DNA of 64,000 nucleotides from Candidatus Woesearchaeota archaeon (GCA_937912225.1 CALDOJ010000034.1:556-64555), one strand, 5' to 3'. Counted from the stretch's first letter, positions 38,606 through 47,792 are shown. Notes: generated by a model not told the origin, from the sequence alone. Program-made: numbers and translations.

Positions 38606-39399
38606 CGAGAAACCCCCAAATAAAGTTTCATATGAGTAAAAGGATCATCTAAAATATAATCATCCTCTTCAGAACACATTTTCTTAGAAAAATAATTAAC
38701 CATTGATTCAATCTCAGGTTGATATTTTAAAAAATTATTACGAATAAGTTTATAGCCATCAATTGTTCCTTCAGAAACAGCATCTTCATCTAAATGAAAC
38801 CATTTAATATGGTAATCTCCTTGAAATAAATCCTTATGATAAAATAAACAATCATTATCAAGATGTCGAACAGCTCCTTTTTCAGATACTAGTATGTTTC
38901 CAGCATGTCGATCATCTAATGCTAAAGTTCTAGCCAATTCTAAAGCAATGCCAAAAGAATAACTAATTTCAGTTTTTAGAGTTTCAGGAAAACCCAATCT
39001 AGAACCTCGCAGTTGATCAATAACAATCATTCTTTCAGGAGTTGAATCATCTAAAGAATCTGAATAAAGAAATTTTTGTTCTTCACCAAGTAATAAATTC
39101 TGTAAAGTTATGCCAACCGCTTCAAACAAAGGATGAGATTTTGGTTCTTTTGCAAAGAAAGTTTCTGAACGTCCATTTTCAAGCAAGATATTAAAACCTG
39201 TAATAGTAGTATAAATCTCCTTTAACATAGCAATACCAAAACTTTTAATTGAAGCTATTTCATCAACTGAAACACCATATAAATCTGATGCAACTTTCTT
39301 TTGAAGAGCTAAATCCTCATGAAAAGTTTTAAGACTGGGAAGAGCAACTTCATAACTAAACAATTCTTTTACAGTATCAGAAAGTTCAGGCAAACTCAT
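38602..39399 (-). CDS. PI3K/HipA-like kinase, paralog 7
   Basis: FFAK, EAVG, LALDDRHAGNILV, VRHLDND, DDPF. Confidence 0.8.
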   Translation of the reverse strand: MSLPELSDTVKELFSYEVALPSLKTFHEDLALQKKVASDLYGVSVDEIASIKSFGIAMLKEIYTTITGFNILLENGRSETFFAKEPKSHPLFEAVGITLQNLLLGEEQKFLYSDSLDDSTPERMIVIDQLRGSRLGFPETLKTEISYSFGIALELARTLALDDRHAGNILVSEKGAVRHLDNDCLFYHKDLFQGDYHIKWFHLDEDAVSEGTIDGYKLIRNNFLKYQPEIESMVNYFSKKMCSEEDDYILDDPFTHMKLYLGVSR

Positions 39400-40148
39400 C
39401 GCTTAACCCCCAGATAATCACACATGTAAGCAAACGGATCATTCAAAACATCAGGTCTTGAAGCAAAAGGTATTTGTTCATCAACCCAATCAACAACCAT
39501 TTTAATATCATCTTTATTATCAATAAATCGTTGACGAATAGCTTCATGAGCTGAAAGTCTTCCTTTGTTAAATTTACGACGACTTAAACCATAAGCATCT
39601 GCAACTTTCGCACCAGTTATCAAATCTTTTTCATCAAATAAACATTCATAATCAATATGTCTGATAGTTCCTCTCCCATCAACTAATAAGTTTCCAGTAT
39701 TTCTATCTTTTAAATGCAAAACCATTTCTAATTCTGAAGCCACACCAAGATTAAAACTGGCTCTTTTCTTACGACCTACATTTTTAAAAATTCTTCCAGG
39801 AATCGCTTCCATCAAAATAGAACTAGGATCTGTTGTATAATCATCAAGTTGAGGAATTGCATAACTCCAATTCTCACCAGTTAAAACATTGTTCAAATAC
39901 CAACCAAGTCCTTCTAATAAAGAACCTGTATGAAAACAATCTTTAACATAAAAAGTCTTATTAGAACCATCACCCAAAGTTAATTCATAACCTTTAATCA
40001 TTTCTTGATTAGTAATTAAACTACTAGAAACAATTTTTTCATCAATACCAAATAAAGCTTTAGGAACATCAGCCATTCTTTTCTCAGAATATACATCATA
40101 AAAAGAAGGAACATCTCCAATCCGAAGTAATTTTTCAGGCGAAGTCAA
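39396..40148 (-). CDS. PI3K/HipA-like kinase, paralog 6
   Basis: FYVK, EGLG, LHLKDRNTGNLLV, IRHIDYE, NDPF. Confidence 0.8.
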   Translation of the reverse strand: MTSPEKLLRIGDVPSFYDVYSEKRMADVPKALFGIDEKIVSSSLITNQEMIKGYELTLGDGSNKTFYVKDCFHTGSLLEGLGWYLNNVLTGENWSYAIPQLDDYTTDPSSILMEAIPGRIFKNVGRKKRASFNLGVASELEMVLHLKDRNTGNLLVDGRGTIRHIDYECLFDEKDLITGAKVADAYGLSRRKFNKGRLSAHEAIRQRFIDNKDDIKMVVDWVDEQIPFASRPDVLNDPFAYMCDYLGVKR

Positions 40149-40936
40149 TTTATTTCACCCTCTAATTTTTGTTTTATATAATCAAAAGGAGAAATAGTTT
40201 CAAACAATTCAGATCTTAATAAACCATCATAAGCCCAGTTAGCCAAATCGCGAATTAGTTCTTCATTAGTTTTGAAATTAACTCTCATCTCTTCACGAGC
40301 ATCAAGTCTGCCTTTTTCAAATTCCTCTTCAGAATAACCACTATTCTTAACTAATTGTTTACCAGTTCGATCATCCCAACCAGCCCAAAATAATGCTCCA
40401 AAATCTATATTACGAATTACTAAGTTATCATCAATTAACATATTAGGACTTCTTCGATCAGCAAGATTTAAAATTTTGGCAGATTCAAAAGCCCGACCCA
40501 TTGAATAAGAAATTTCAGTTAAGAAATCATAATTAACATTAAAAGTTGTTCCAGGAACTTCATCCATAATAACCACATTAATAAAATTATCAAGCAAATC
40601 CAATTTATTAACTAACATCAAGAAATTTCTGTCTTCACCAGTTAATAGATTATTCAAAGTAATACCAACTGCTTCTTGAAACGCACCAGTCACATAGCAA
40701 TCTTCTTCTTCTTTAACATAATAAGTTTTAGAAGTTCCATCTTTAAGCATTAATTTATGACCTGCAACGTTCGAATTTCCAGATGCAAAAGGTTCATCAA
40801 TAAGAATATCGTCTGAATCAACCCCATACATTTCTCTAGCAACATATCTGCCTAAATTTTGAGAATCAAGAAGAGTAACTTCATCAGTAAAAGGCCTATA
40901 ATTCAACAAGTCTTTCATTCTATCTGGAAAACTCAT
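40145..40936 (-). CDS. PI3K/HipA-like kinase, paralog 5
   Basis: YYVK, EAVG, LNLADRRSPNMLI, IRNIDFG. Confidence 0.8.
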   Translation of the reverse strand: MSFPDRMKDLLNYRPFTDEVTLLDSQNLGRYVAREMYGVDSDDILIDEPFASGNSNVAGHKLMLKDGTSKTYYVKEEEDCYVTGAFQEAVGITLNNLLTGEDRNFLMLVNKLDLLDNFINVVIMDEVPGTTFNVNYDFLTEISYSMGRAFESAKILNLADRRSPNMLIDDNLVIRNIDFGALFWAGWDDRTGKQLVKNSGYSEEEFEKGRLDAREEMRVNFKTNEELIRDLANWAYDGLLRSELFETISPFDYIKQKLEGEIN

Positions 40937-41736
40937 TTCTCAGCCTCCAAATAAAGTTTCATATAAGAAAAAGGATCTTCAATATGCTTTTCATCATCCA
41001 AATATTGCAAACCAGATTGTTCGCTAAAATATGTTAATACATCTTTAATTAATGATTCATTATCTAAAAAATTTTTAACAATTATTTTTCTTGCATCTGA
41101 TTGTCCTTGTGAAACTAATTCTGCATCAAGTCCCAGAACATATCCTCCTTTAAAAATATCTTTTAACATTCCAAGATTCCAAGAATATTCTTTATTAAAA
41201 ATAGTTTCATAATCAACATTTCTAATAATAGAATTTTCACAAATAACCAAATTTGAATTATTACGGTCGGTTAAAGAAAGAGTTTTAGCCAATTCTAAAC
41301 TAGCACCAAAACTTTGACTCATATTAGTACTAGCATCATTAAAATATGTCACACTAGTTCCAATATCTTCCATAGCAACATAACCAAATTTCCAATCACC
41401 AGTTTCAGATCTGCTAGCAACAAAGTTATGGTTTTCACCTAAAAGAATATTGCTTAAAGTCCAACCAACAGCTTCACTTAAAGAACTTTCAAGACATTTC
41501 TTATAATAAAATTGTTTAATTAAACCATCCTTAAAAAGAGTTTCATATACTCGAGTGTTAGGAGACCAAACAGTATCTAAGAAATTAACAGTTATAATTT
41601 CTGATTCAGGAACACCATAAAGTGAACTTGCAACAGACTCCATAATATCAGGATTATTTTTAACTTTTGAAAAATCTGGAAGAGAGGTTAACCTAAGTAA
41701 ATCTTCAATCTTTGTTTGAGTTGATTGTTTAGTCAT
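40933..41736 (-). CDS. PI3K/HipA-like kinase, paralog 4
   Basis: FYYK, EAVG, LSLTDRNNSNLVI, IRNVDYE, EDPF. Confidence 0.78.
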   Translation of the reverse strand: MTKQSTQTKIEDLLRLTSLPDFSKVKNNPDIMESVASSLYGVPESEIITVNFLDTVWSPNTRVYETLFKDGLIKQFYYKKCLESSLSEAVGWTLSNILLGENHNFVASRSETGDWKFGYVAMEDIGTSVTYFNDASTNMSQSFGASLELAKTLSLTDRNNSNLVICENSIIRNVDYETIFNKEYSWNLGMLKDIFKGGYVLGLDAELVSQGQSDARKIIVKNFLDNESLIKDVLTYFSEQSGLQYLDDEKHIEDPFSYMKLYLEAEK

Positions 41737-42224
41737 TTTATTCGACGATATTCAAAAACATTTTTTTTTAAGTATAATTGCATATGACTTGGTAAATGTT
41801 CACCAATCTGATTTATTGCATCAGGCGATTGGTTATGAATAAGTAAACTATGTAAAGCTTCAACAGGAATATTTTGAAATGAAATAAATTCTCTAAAATA
41901 ATCAGTCGATTTTCTATAAGGATTTCTTTCAATACCTAACTCCTGAGCAAATTTTTCAGCCATAGATTCATAACCCGAATATTTGAACAATTCACTATTT
42001 TCTTTAATATAATTATTATCAAGAACGAATCCAGTACTACCACCCCAAAAATCTACATTTGCTTTTTTTGGCATTGGAAATTTTTCTTCCCAATAAGCAA
42101 AACAAATTCTATCATTAGATGATTCAAAATAATTTTTATTACCTGTTTCAGAAGGTAATCTTAAACCTTCACTAAGTATAGGAAGGACAGATATCACTTC
42201 AGTCATATGTGTCAATATCGGCAT
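41733..42224 (-). CDS. ADP-ribosyltransferase-like protein, paralog 3
   Basis: Start MPIL at 42224 (GGAGG SD); LTHMT..ILSEGLRLPSETGN..DRICF..REFISFQNIPVE. Confidence 0.65.
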   Translation of the reverse strand: MPILTHMTEVISVLPILSEGLRLPSETGNKNYFESSNDRICFAYWEEKFPMPKKANVDFWGGSTGFVLDNNYIKENSELFKYSGYESMAEKFAQELGIERNPYRKSTDYFREFISFQNIPVEALHSLLIHNQSPDAINQIGEHLPSHMQLYLKKNVFEYRRIK

Positions 42225-42225
42225 T

Positions 42226-42750
42226 TTATTTAATCCTCCGATAAAATGAGTCATCAGTTTGTTTAGTATATAATCCCATATGTGCTGGCAAAATTGATTT
42301 AATTTTTTGAAATTCTTCTGTCTCAAGAGATAATATTGTATTAAATCTAGAATCTAAAAATAAACTGTGAATTCCTTCTACAGGAATATTTTCAAAAGAT
42401 ACTACTTCATTAAAATTAAATCTTGGAACTTCTAAGTCTATAACTTCCATTCCTTGTCTATTTGCATAATCAATTACTTCTTCACTCTTAGTAATATAAC
42501 ATTTGAATTCGTCTTTATTTTCAGATATGTACTTTGGGTCTAAAACTAAATTAATGTCATTATTCCAACCGCTTAAATAAGTATTTTCGCTTTCTAAATC
42601 TAAATCAGGATTACATGAAAAACTTATTCTATCTGTAGGAAAAAACCAATCCCAATTACTATTACCTGTTTCTCGTGGTTTTTTAATCCCATTTTTAAAA
42701 ATAGGTTCTAGATATTCCAGATAAGTTGAATGTGATAAAACTCCGTTCAT
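42226..42750 (-). CDS. ADP-ribosyltransferase-like protein, paralog 2
   Basis: LSHST..IFKNGIKKPRETGN..DRISFS..NEVVSFENIPVE. Confidence 0.65.
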   Translation of the reverse strand: MNGVLSHSTYLEYLEPIFKNGIKKPRETGNSNWDWFFPTDRISFSCNPDLDLESENTYLSGWNNDINLVLDPKYISENKDEFKCYITKSEEVIDYANRQGMEVIDLEVPRFNFNEVVSFENIPVEGIHSLFLDSRFNTILSLETEEFQKIKSILPAHMGLYTKQTDDSFYRRIK

Positions 42751-43256
42751 TTCATCCTCCGATAAAATAAATCATCTGTTTGTTTTGAATATAATCGAAT
42801 ATGAGCAGGTGCTTGTTTTTGAATTTCATTAATTTCAGATTTTGAATCTGATTGGTGAAATAATGCATATAATCCTTCAACAGGAATATTTGCAAATGAA
42901 ACTACTTCATTAGGAACTTCATGTTTGGTTGGATTTTTAATAGTCCTAATTCCAAGTTCTTTGATAAATGTTTGAAAAATATCTTCACGCGCAGGTTCTG
43001 CTTCAAAATTATTCAAATTATCTTTTAAGTAATCAGGATCGACAAAGAATCCAGTTCTTTCTCCATACCAAAAATCATTAAAACCAATACTTGTTTTTGG
43101 AAAAGGTGTTTCTTCAGGATGAAGTAAAAAGCTTATTCTATCACTCGCAGAATACTCTGGCCAATTACAATTACCAGTTTCAGAAGGTAATTTTAATCCT
43201 TCTTTAAGTATTAAAGGCACATATACATTCCGTGTTGCATGAGTTAGAATTGTCAT
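42747..43256 (-). CDS. ADP-ribosyltransferase-like protein, paralog 1
   Basis: Start MTIL at 43256; LTHAT..ILKEGLKLPSETGN..DRISF..NEVVSFANIPVE. Confidence 0.65.
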   Translation of the reverse strand: MTILTHATRNVYVPLILKEGLKLPSETGNCNWPEYSASDRISFLLHPEETPFPKTSIGFNDFWYGERTGFFVDPDYLKDNLNNFEAEPAREDIFQTFIKELGIRTIKNPTKHEVPNEVVSFANIPVEGLYALFHQSDSKSEINEIQKQAPAHIRLYSKQTDDLFYRRMK

Positions 43257-43257
43257 T

Positions 43258-44160
43258 TTATTCTCGCAACACCTCGGCCTTTGATGAATTTGTATAAGAA
43301 TGAATACTATTATGAGGATCGTAATCGAAGTTAGCACCTCTATGAACTGCATAATTAAGAAGCTCTTGAATTAAACCTTGATTAATGGCAATATTTTTAG
43401 CAATTAGTTCTCTGCCAAATAACTTACCAGCTTCAAATTGTTCTTCTTCACAATCTGAAAGCGTAATATCATAACATGGATCAACTTGTAAGCCTACTTC
43501 TTCACAAAAAATTGTGCTAAAATCAATAGGCACAATAGTTTCATCATCACCTAAAATAATATTCTCATCATGTCTATCATCTAAACCTAAAGCAGTTGAT
43601 AGTTCTGAAGCAACACCATAATTAAAAGATTCTTTATCTGAAAAAATATAACCCCTTTCCATATTTGCAAAAGTTTTCCCAGGAATTCCAACTGATAAAA
43701 AAGTTCCAGTTTCTTCACAAGCAGCAAATCTATAAGTTTCAGTTTCATTATCTGAAGATAAAATATCTCCAAGAACACTTCCTAAAGCATCTACTATAAT
43801 CGGCCTTTGCCAAGCAGGTTTAGCATAAAAATCGCTCTTTGTACCATCTTTAAATTCTACAAGAAAACGAGCATAGAAATCACAATCTTCATAAAAAAAA
43901 TTAGAATCTTTTTCAATTGAAACAACTGATTCTGGTTCACAAGAATATAAAGAAGCAGCAACATCAACCATGTCTGCAGTTCCTGAAACTATATTAATAA
44001 TATGTGGTAAATCTTTCAAGCTTAACATTGAACGTAAATAATTTTCAGGTAAATCACCATTCCAAACAGTTTCAGGTTTATGATAAGCTAAAGGTAAACG
44101 TTCATATTCTTCTAAATAACTTGACAGGTCTGAATTGTTTGAATTTTGTGTGTTAGTCAT
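43258..44160 (-). CDS. PI3K/PI4K-like kinase, paralog 3 (long type)
   Basis: Start MTNT at 44160; DFYAK, DALG, LGLDDRHDENIIL, IVPIDFS. Confidence 0.82.
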   Translation of the reverse strand: MTNTQNSNNSDLSSYLEEYERLPLAYHKPETVWNGDLPENYLRSMLSLKDLPHIINIVSGTADMVDVAASLYSCEPESVVSIEKDSNFFYEDCDFYARFLVEFKDGTKSDFYAKPAWQRPIIVDALGSVLGDILSSDNETETYRFAACEETGTFLSVGIPGKTFANMERGYIFSDKESFNYGVASELSTALGLDDRHDENIILGDDETIVPIDFSTIFCEEVGLQVDPCYDITLSDCEEEQFEAGKLFGRELIAKNIAINQGLIQELLNYAVHRGANFDYDPHNSIHSYTNSSKAEVLRE

Positions 44161-44161
44161 T

Positions 44162-45652
44162 TTATTCTTGCATTGACCTCCTGTGCGCACTAACATAAGA
44201 ATCTATACTTTCTTCAGGTTTATGAGTAAAAGATGCGTTTTTATGATGTGCATAAGCAATCAACTGATGTATTACGCCTTTATTTTGTTCATAATTCTTC
44301 GTAATCATTTCTAATCCCATTTGTCTTCCTGCTTTAACCATTTCTGCATTAGCAGGTTCTTCATGACTACAAGAATATTCACTAGTTGAAGAAGTACGAA
44401 ACAAAGTTCCAAAATCAATAGGAATAACCATATCATCATCTGCAATCATAATATTTTGATCGTGCCGATCAGTTAATCCTAAAGCTCTTGATAATTCTAT
44501 TGCAACTCCATAATTAAATGCTGCTTGATCTGAAAAATCTTCTCCCTTATGTTTAAAGGTCGTAGCAGAAATTCCAGTTGAAGCACAAGTTTTATTTTCT
44601 TCGCAACCTATAAATGAGTAAGTAGTTTTTGGAAGATGACCTTTAGTTAGAATATAAGCTAAAGTATTACCAAGTGTTTCAGAAACTACTGATCCTTCCC
44701 AATTTTTTTTAAGATAAAAATCACTTTTCACACCATTTTTAAAATCTATAAAAAAATGATTAACAGTACCATAACCAAATTTTCTATCTTTCTTAATTGA
44801 TTTAATAGATTTAATATCACAAGAATATAATTTTGCAGCAATTTCTTTACGCTGTTTATAAGTTCCCATACCAACACTATAATAAAATCCAACATCAGCA
44901 GATATATCAGGCAAATCAACTAAACCCAATATTTCTCGAAGAACTTCTTCAGAAGTTTCACCAGTCCATACAGGATCAGGTATTGACTCTGGTTCTGGTT
45001 TAGGTTCAGGTAATTTAATTTCAACAGGATCAGGCCTATCAACAACCATTCCAATATTTTGCAAAGGAACTTCTTCTTTAGGTAACTTAAGTATAGCGCC
45101 TAAATCATAAGGATTTTGAAATCCAAATATATTAAGAAAACCATAAGGCTTATTAACATGATAAGGATTAACTGCAGGTTCTTGTTCTTTTCCTGCAATA
45201 ATATCTTCAAGTAAAAGAGGATTATCAACCACATATCTAATTTGTTTTTCATTTTGTTCTTGTTTATTATTCATACCGTGCAAGAATTTTTTATCTTTTT
45301 CTCGCAGACCACCATAAGGTTGAATCTTTGGGTTTACCAAAAGCTCCATATTTCTAATAAAACCAAAATCATAATTAATAAGTTCAACTTTTTCTTTCTT
45401 GGGTTGTTTATGCACAAGCTTTTCTTTACGATCAACAGGAGCAAAATCTAAAAGAGGATCAACTAAATCTTGTTGAAGATAATTTATGGCATTATCAGGA
45501 TTAATACCACCCATTGCATACATCATAGCGCCAGCCAAAGGTAACATCATATTTCTGGCTCTATTTAGTCCTCGATGTTCTGCATTTTCATTAGACTTTT
45601 TTTTAGGAGAGTTATGAGATTCTTTGTTTAATCTTTGTTTAAGTATCATCAT
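44162..45652 (-). CDS. PI3K/PI4K-like kinase, paralog 2, with ~225-aa N-terminal extension
   Basis: DFYLK, ETLG, LGLTDRHDQNIMI, VIPIDFG; hydrophobic MMLPLAGAMMYAMGG segment and PEPKPEPE linker. Confidence 0.82.
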   Translation of the reverse strand: MMILKQRLNKESHNSPKKKSNENAEHRGLNRARNMMLPLAGAMMYAMGGINPDNAINYLQQDLVDPLLDFAPVDRKEKLVHKQPKKEKVELINYDFGFIRNMELLVNPKIQPYGGLREKDKKFLHGMNNKQEQNEKQIRYVVDNPLLLEDIIAGKEQEPAVNPYHVNKPYGFLNIFGFQNPYDLGAILKLPKEEVPLQNIGMVVDRPDPVEIKLPEPKPEPESIPDPVWTGETSEEVLREILGLVDLPDISADVGFYYSVGMGTYKQRKEIAAKLYSCDIKSIKSIKKDRKFGYGTVNHFFIDFKNGVKSDFYLKKNWEGSVVSETLGNTLAYILTKGHLPKTTYSFIGCEENKTCASTGISATTFKHKGEDFSDQAAFNYGVAIELSRALGLTDRHDQNIMIADDDMVIPIDFGTLFRTSSTSEYSCSHEEPANAEMVKAGRQMGLEMITKNYEQNKGVIHQLIAYAHHKNASFTHKPEESIDSYVSAHRRSMQE

Positions 45653-46773
45653 TGCACCTCTTTTTCTAAACTAGAACTCTTAACATTAGTAGCATAAGAA
45701 CTAAGAACAGTTTCGGGTTTTTCTGAAAAATCTGCACCAAGATGTTGAGCATAAGATATAAGTTCAGATATTAAGCCTTTATGTCGTTCATAATTACTTG
45801 CAATTACTTCTCTGGCTTTTAATTTACCTTCTTCAATTAAATCAGTATTTGTTGGTTTAACCGCACCAAAATCATGATACCGTTCATAATTAGGAGGATT
45901 TTCAGGACCAAATATAGTATCAAAATCGATTTGTACAACAACATCATCAGATCTTAAAAGAGTATTAAGATCGTGTCTATCACGCAGGCCTAAAGCAAGC
46001 GATAATTCTACTGCCATGCCATAACTTAAAGTTGCTTTATCAGAAAACTCTTCAGGTTTAACATCTTTAAACATCTTACCTTCAATTCCAACTGATGCAA
46101 AAGTTCCTGTTTCTTCACATGCTGCAGATTGATATGTGTCTTTAAGAGTTTCATCTCCTAAAAGATTCAATAAAGCATTTCCTAAAGCATCCACGATTAC
46201 TGGTGCATTCCAGGAAGGTTTTACATAGAAATCACTTTCAGTTCCATCATCAAACTTGACTAAAAAACGGCCGTAATTATTTCTGTTTGAAAAATTAAAA
46301 TTTCCATCTTGAACAATGGAAACAACTTCATCAGGTTTACATCCATATACGGTTGAAGCGAGTTCTACCAAATCAGTTTCGCCTGAAACAATTTCTCTAC
46401 TATCAGGCAAATTAACTAAACCTAATAATCCTTGTAATTTTTCTTCAGGAATACTTCCAATCCAAGTAGCAGGATGTTTATTAGATTTAAGAGGATTACG
46501 AGAAGAATACTTCTGTATTGTGTTTCTATGTTTTAAATTTTCATCAAAATATTCTAAATATAATTCTAAATTTTCAAAAGTTAATCGATTATCAATAGCC
46601 CTAACTATTTCAGAATGATATTGAGCCATTAATTGATCTTTATCAGTATGTACTTCTTCGTCAGAAAAATCATCTTCAGGAGAAAGTATACTCAGACGTT
46701 CTAAAGCAGGATCTACATAAGGTAAAAACAATTCAACTGGATTATAACATTCAAATAAATTGGCTTTAAGCAT
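45649..46773 (-). CDS. PI3K/PI4K-like kinase, paralog 1, with N-terminal extension
   Basis: DFYVK, DALG, LGLRDRHDLNTLL, VVQIDFD; GAGGT SD. Confidence 0.82.
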   Translation of the reverse strand: MLKANLFECYNPVELFLPYVDPALERLSILSPEDDFSDEEVHTDKDQLMAQYHSEIVRAIDNRLTFENLELYLEYFDENLKHRNTIQKYSSRNPLKSNKHPATWIGSIPEEKLQGLLGLVNLPDSREIVSGETDLVELASTVYGCKPDEVVSIVQDGNFNFSNRNNYGRFLVKFDDGTESDFYVKPSWNAPVIVDALGNALLNLLGDETLKDTYQSAACEETGTFASVGIEGKMFKDVKPEEFSDKATLSYGMAVELSLALGLRDRHDLNTLLRSDDVVVQIDFDTIFGPENPPNYERYHDFGAVKPTNTDLIEEGKLKAREVIASNYERHKGLISELISYAQHLGADFSEKPETVLSSYATNVKSSSLEKEVQ

Positions 46774-46811
46774 TCAAATACCTCTTTTTACACCATTTAT
46801 AGCAGTTTTAC

Positions 46812-46851
46812 TATTTAAATGTTTCGTTTTTTAACTACTTTATAGTAACAA
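46812..46851 (-). promoter_or_regulatory. BRE/TATA promoter of the kinase/ART array with upstream palindrome half-site
   Basis: AGTAGTTAAAAAACGAAACATTTAAATA; TAACTACT-TTAT-AGTAACAA at 46832-46851. Confidence 0.7.
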
Positions 46852-46919
46852 CATTAAATACATTTAAATATAACCAACCATTACCAAATAAAAAAACCAA
46901 TATTTAAGGTGATGAAATT

Positions 46920-47792
46920 ATGGAAATTGGAACCTATGCAATATACGACAAAGATACTCAATTAATCGGATTTGGTGAAGGCAGATTCAATGTAAAAGGA
47001 GATGATTTAAATCTTACAATAGATGTTTTAGCAAAAGAATTAGATGTACAAACAGAAAGACAAACTCTTCTAAATCCAAAATTCAAAGAAGGAGAAATAG
47101 TTGAATTAAATTCAGGAGACTATAAAATTAAAGTCGAAGGAAAAACAGAATTAGATCACATAGTAACTGGAGCTAACGCAAATATCAAATACAAACAAAA
47201 AGGAAATTCTTCATCAATAAACATTTCAAGCGGCTCAGTAGTCATAATTAATGGCTCAGTAGTTTCAGGAAATATGCAACAATCAATCGGTTCAAATATG
47301 GAACCTCAAAACTTAGAAGTTTATGGAAATAATGCAGATATCAAATTCAAATCAGGAGCAAGTTCATTATCAGTTTACGGAGATAATTGCAAAGCTAAAA
47401 CTGACGTTGGAAGTGGACAATTTTATGGAACAGGAGAATCAATGAAAGTAAAAATAGATGCAGGAAGCGGAAAAACAACAGTCGAAGGAGATAACGCAAA
47501 TGTTGATGTTGATGCAGGAAGCGGAGATGTAACTGTCAAAGGAAAATATGCAACCGTAAAAGTAGATGCAGGAAGTGCAAAAGTTTTTGTTGAAGGAGAA
47601 CGTGCAGAAATCAACACGGATTTAGGAAGTGGACAAGTTCATTACACAGGCAATAACGGAATACTCGATTTAGACTTTGGTAGTGGAAAATTATATTTGA
47701 ACGGAGATAACAACGATGTAACTGTTGATGGGTCAAGAAGTCCAAAACACCATGTTGTTGATAATGGGAAAAATAACAATATTCACGACTAA
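46920..47792 (+). CDS. Beta-strand repeat (DUF4097/adhesin-like beta-helix) protein
   Basis: About eight ~19-aa repeats of V(D/K)(A/L/F)GSG.v.v.GdnA; no obvious signal peptide. Confidence 0.75.
   Translation: MEIGTYAIYDKDTQLIGFGEGRFNVKGDDLNLTIDVLAKELDVQTERQTLLNPKFKEGEIVELNSGDYKIKVEGKTELDHIVTGANANIKYKQKGNSSSINISSGSVVIINGSVVSGNMQQSIGSNMEPQNLEVYGNNADIKFKSGASSLSVYGDNCKAKTDVGSGQFYGTGESMKVKIDAGSGKTTVEGDNANVDVDAGSGDVTVKGKYATVKVDAGSAKVFVEGERAEINTDLGSGQVHYTGNNGILDLDFGSGKLYLNGDNNDVTVDGSRSPKHHVVDNGKNNNIHD

Noticed and set aside
37071-46773. Classical HipBA or DarTG toxin-antitoxin modules, or DGR-diversified targets
   Set aside because: No HTH antitoxin or macrodomain genes are interleaved; no reverse transcriptase or adenine-specific template/variable repeat pair was seen.
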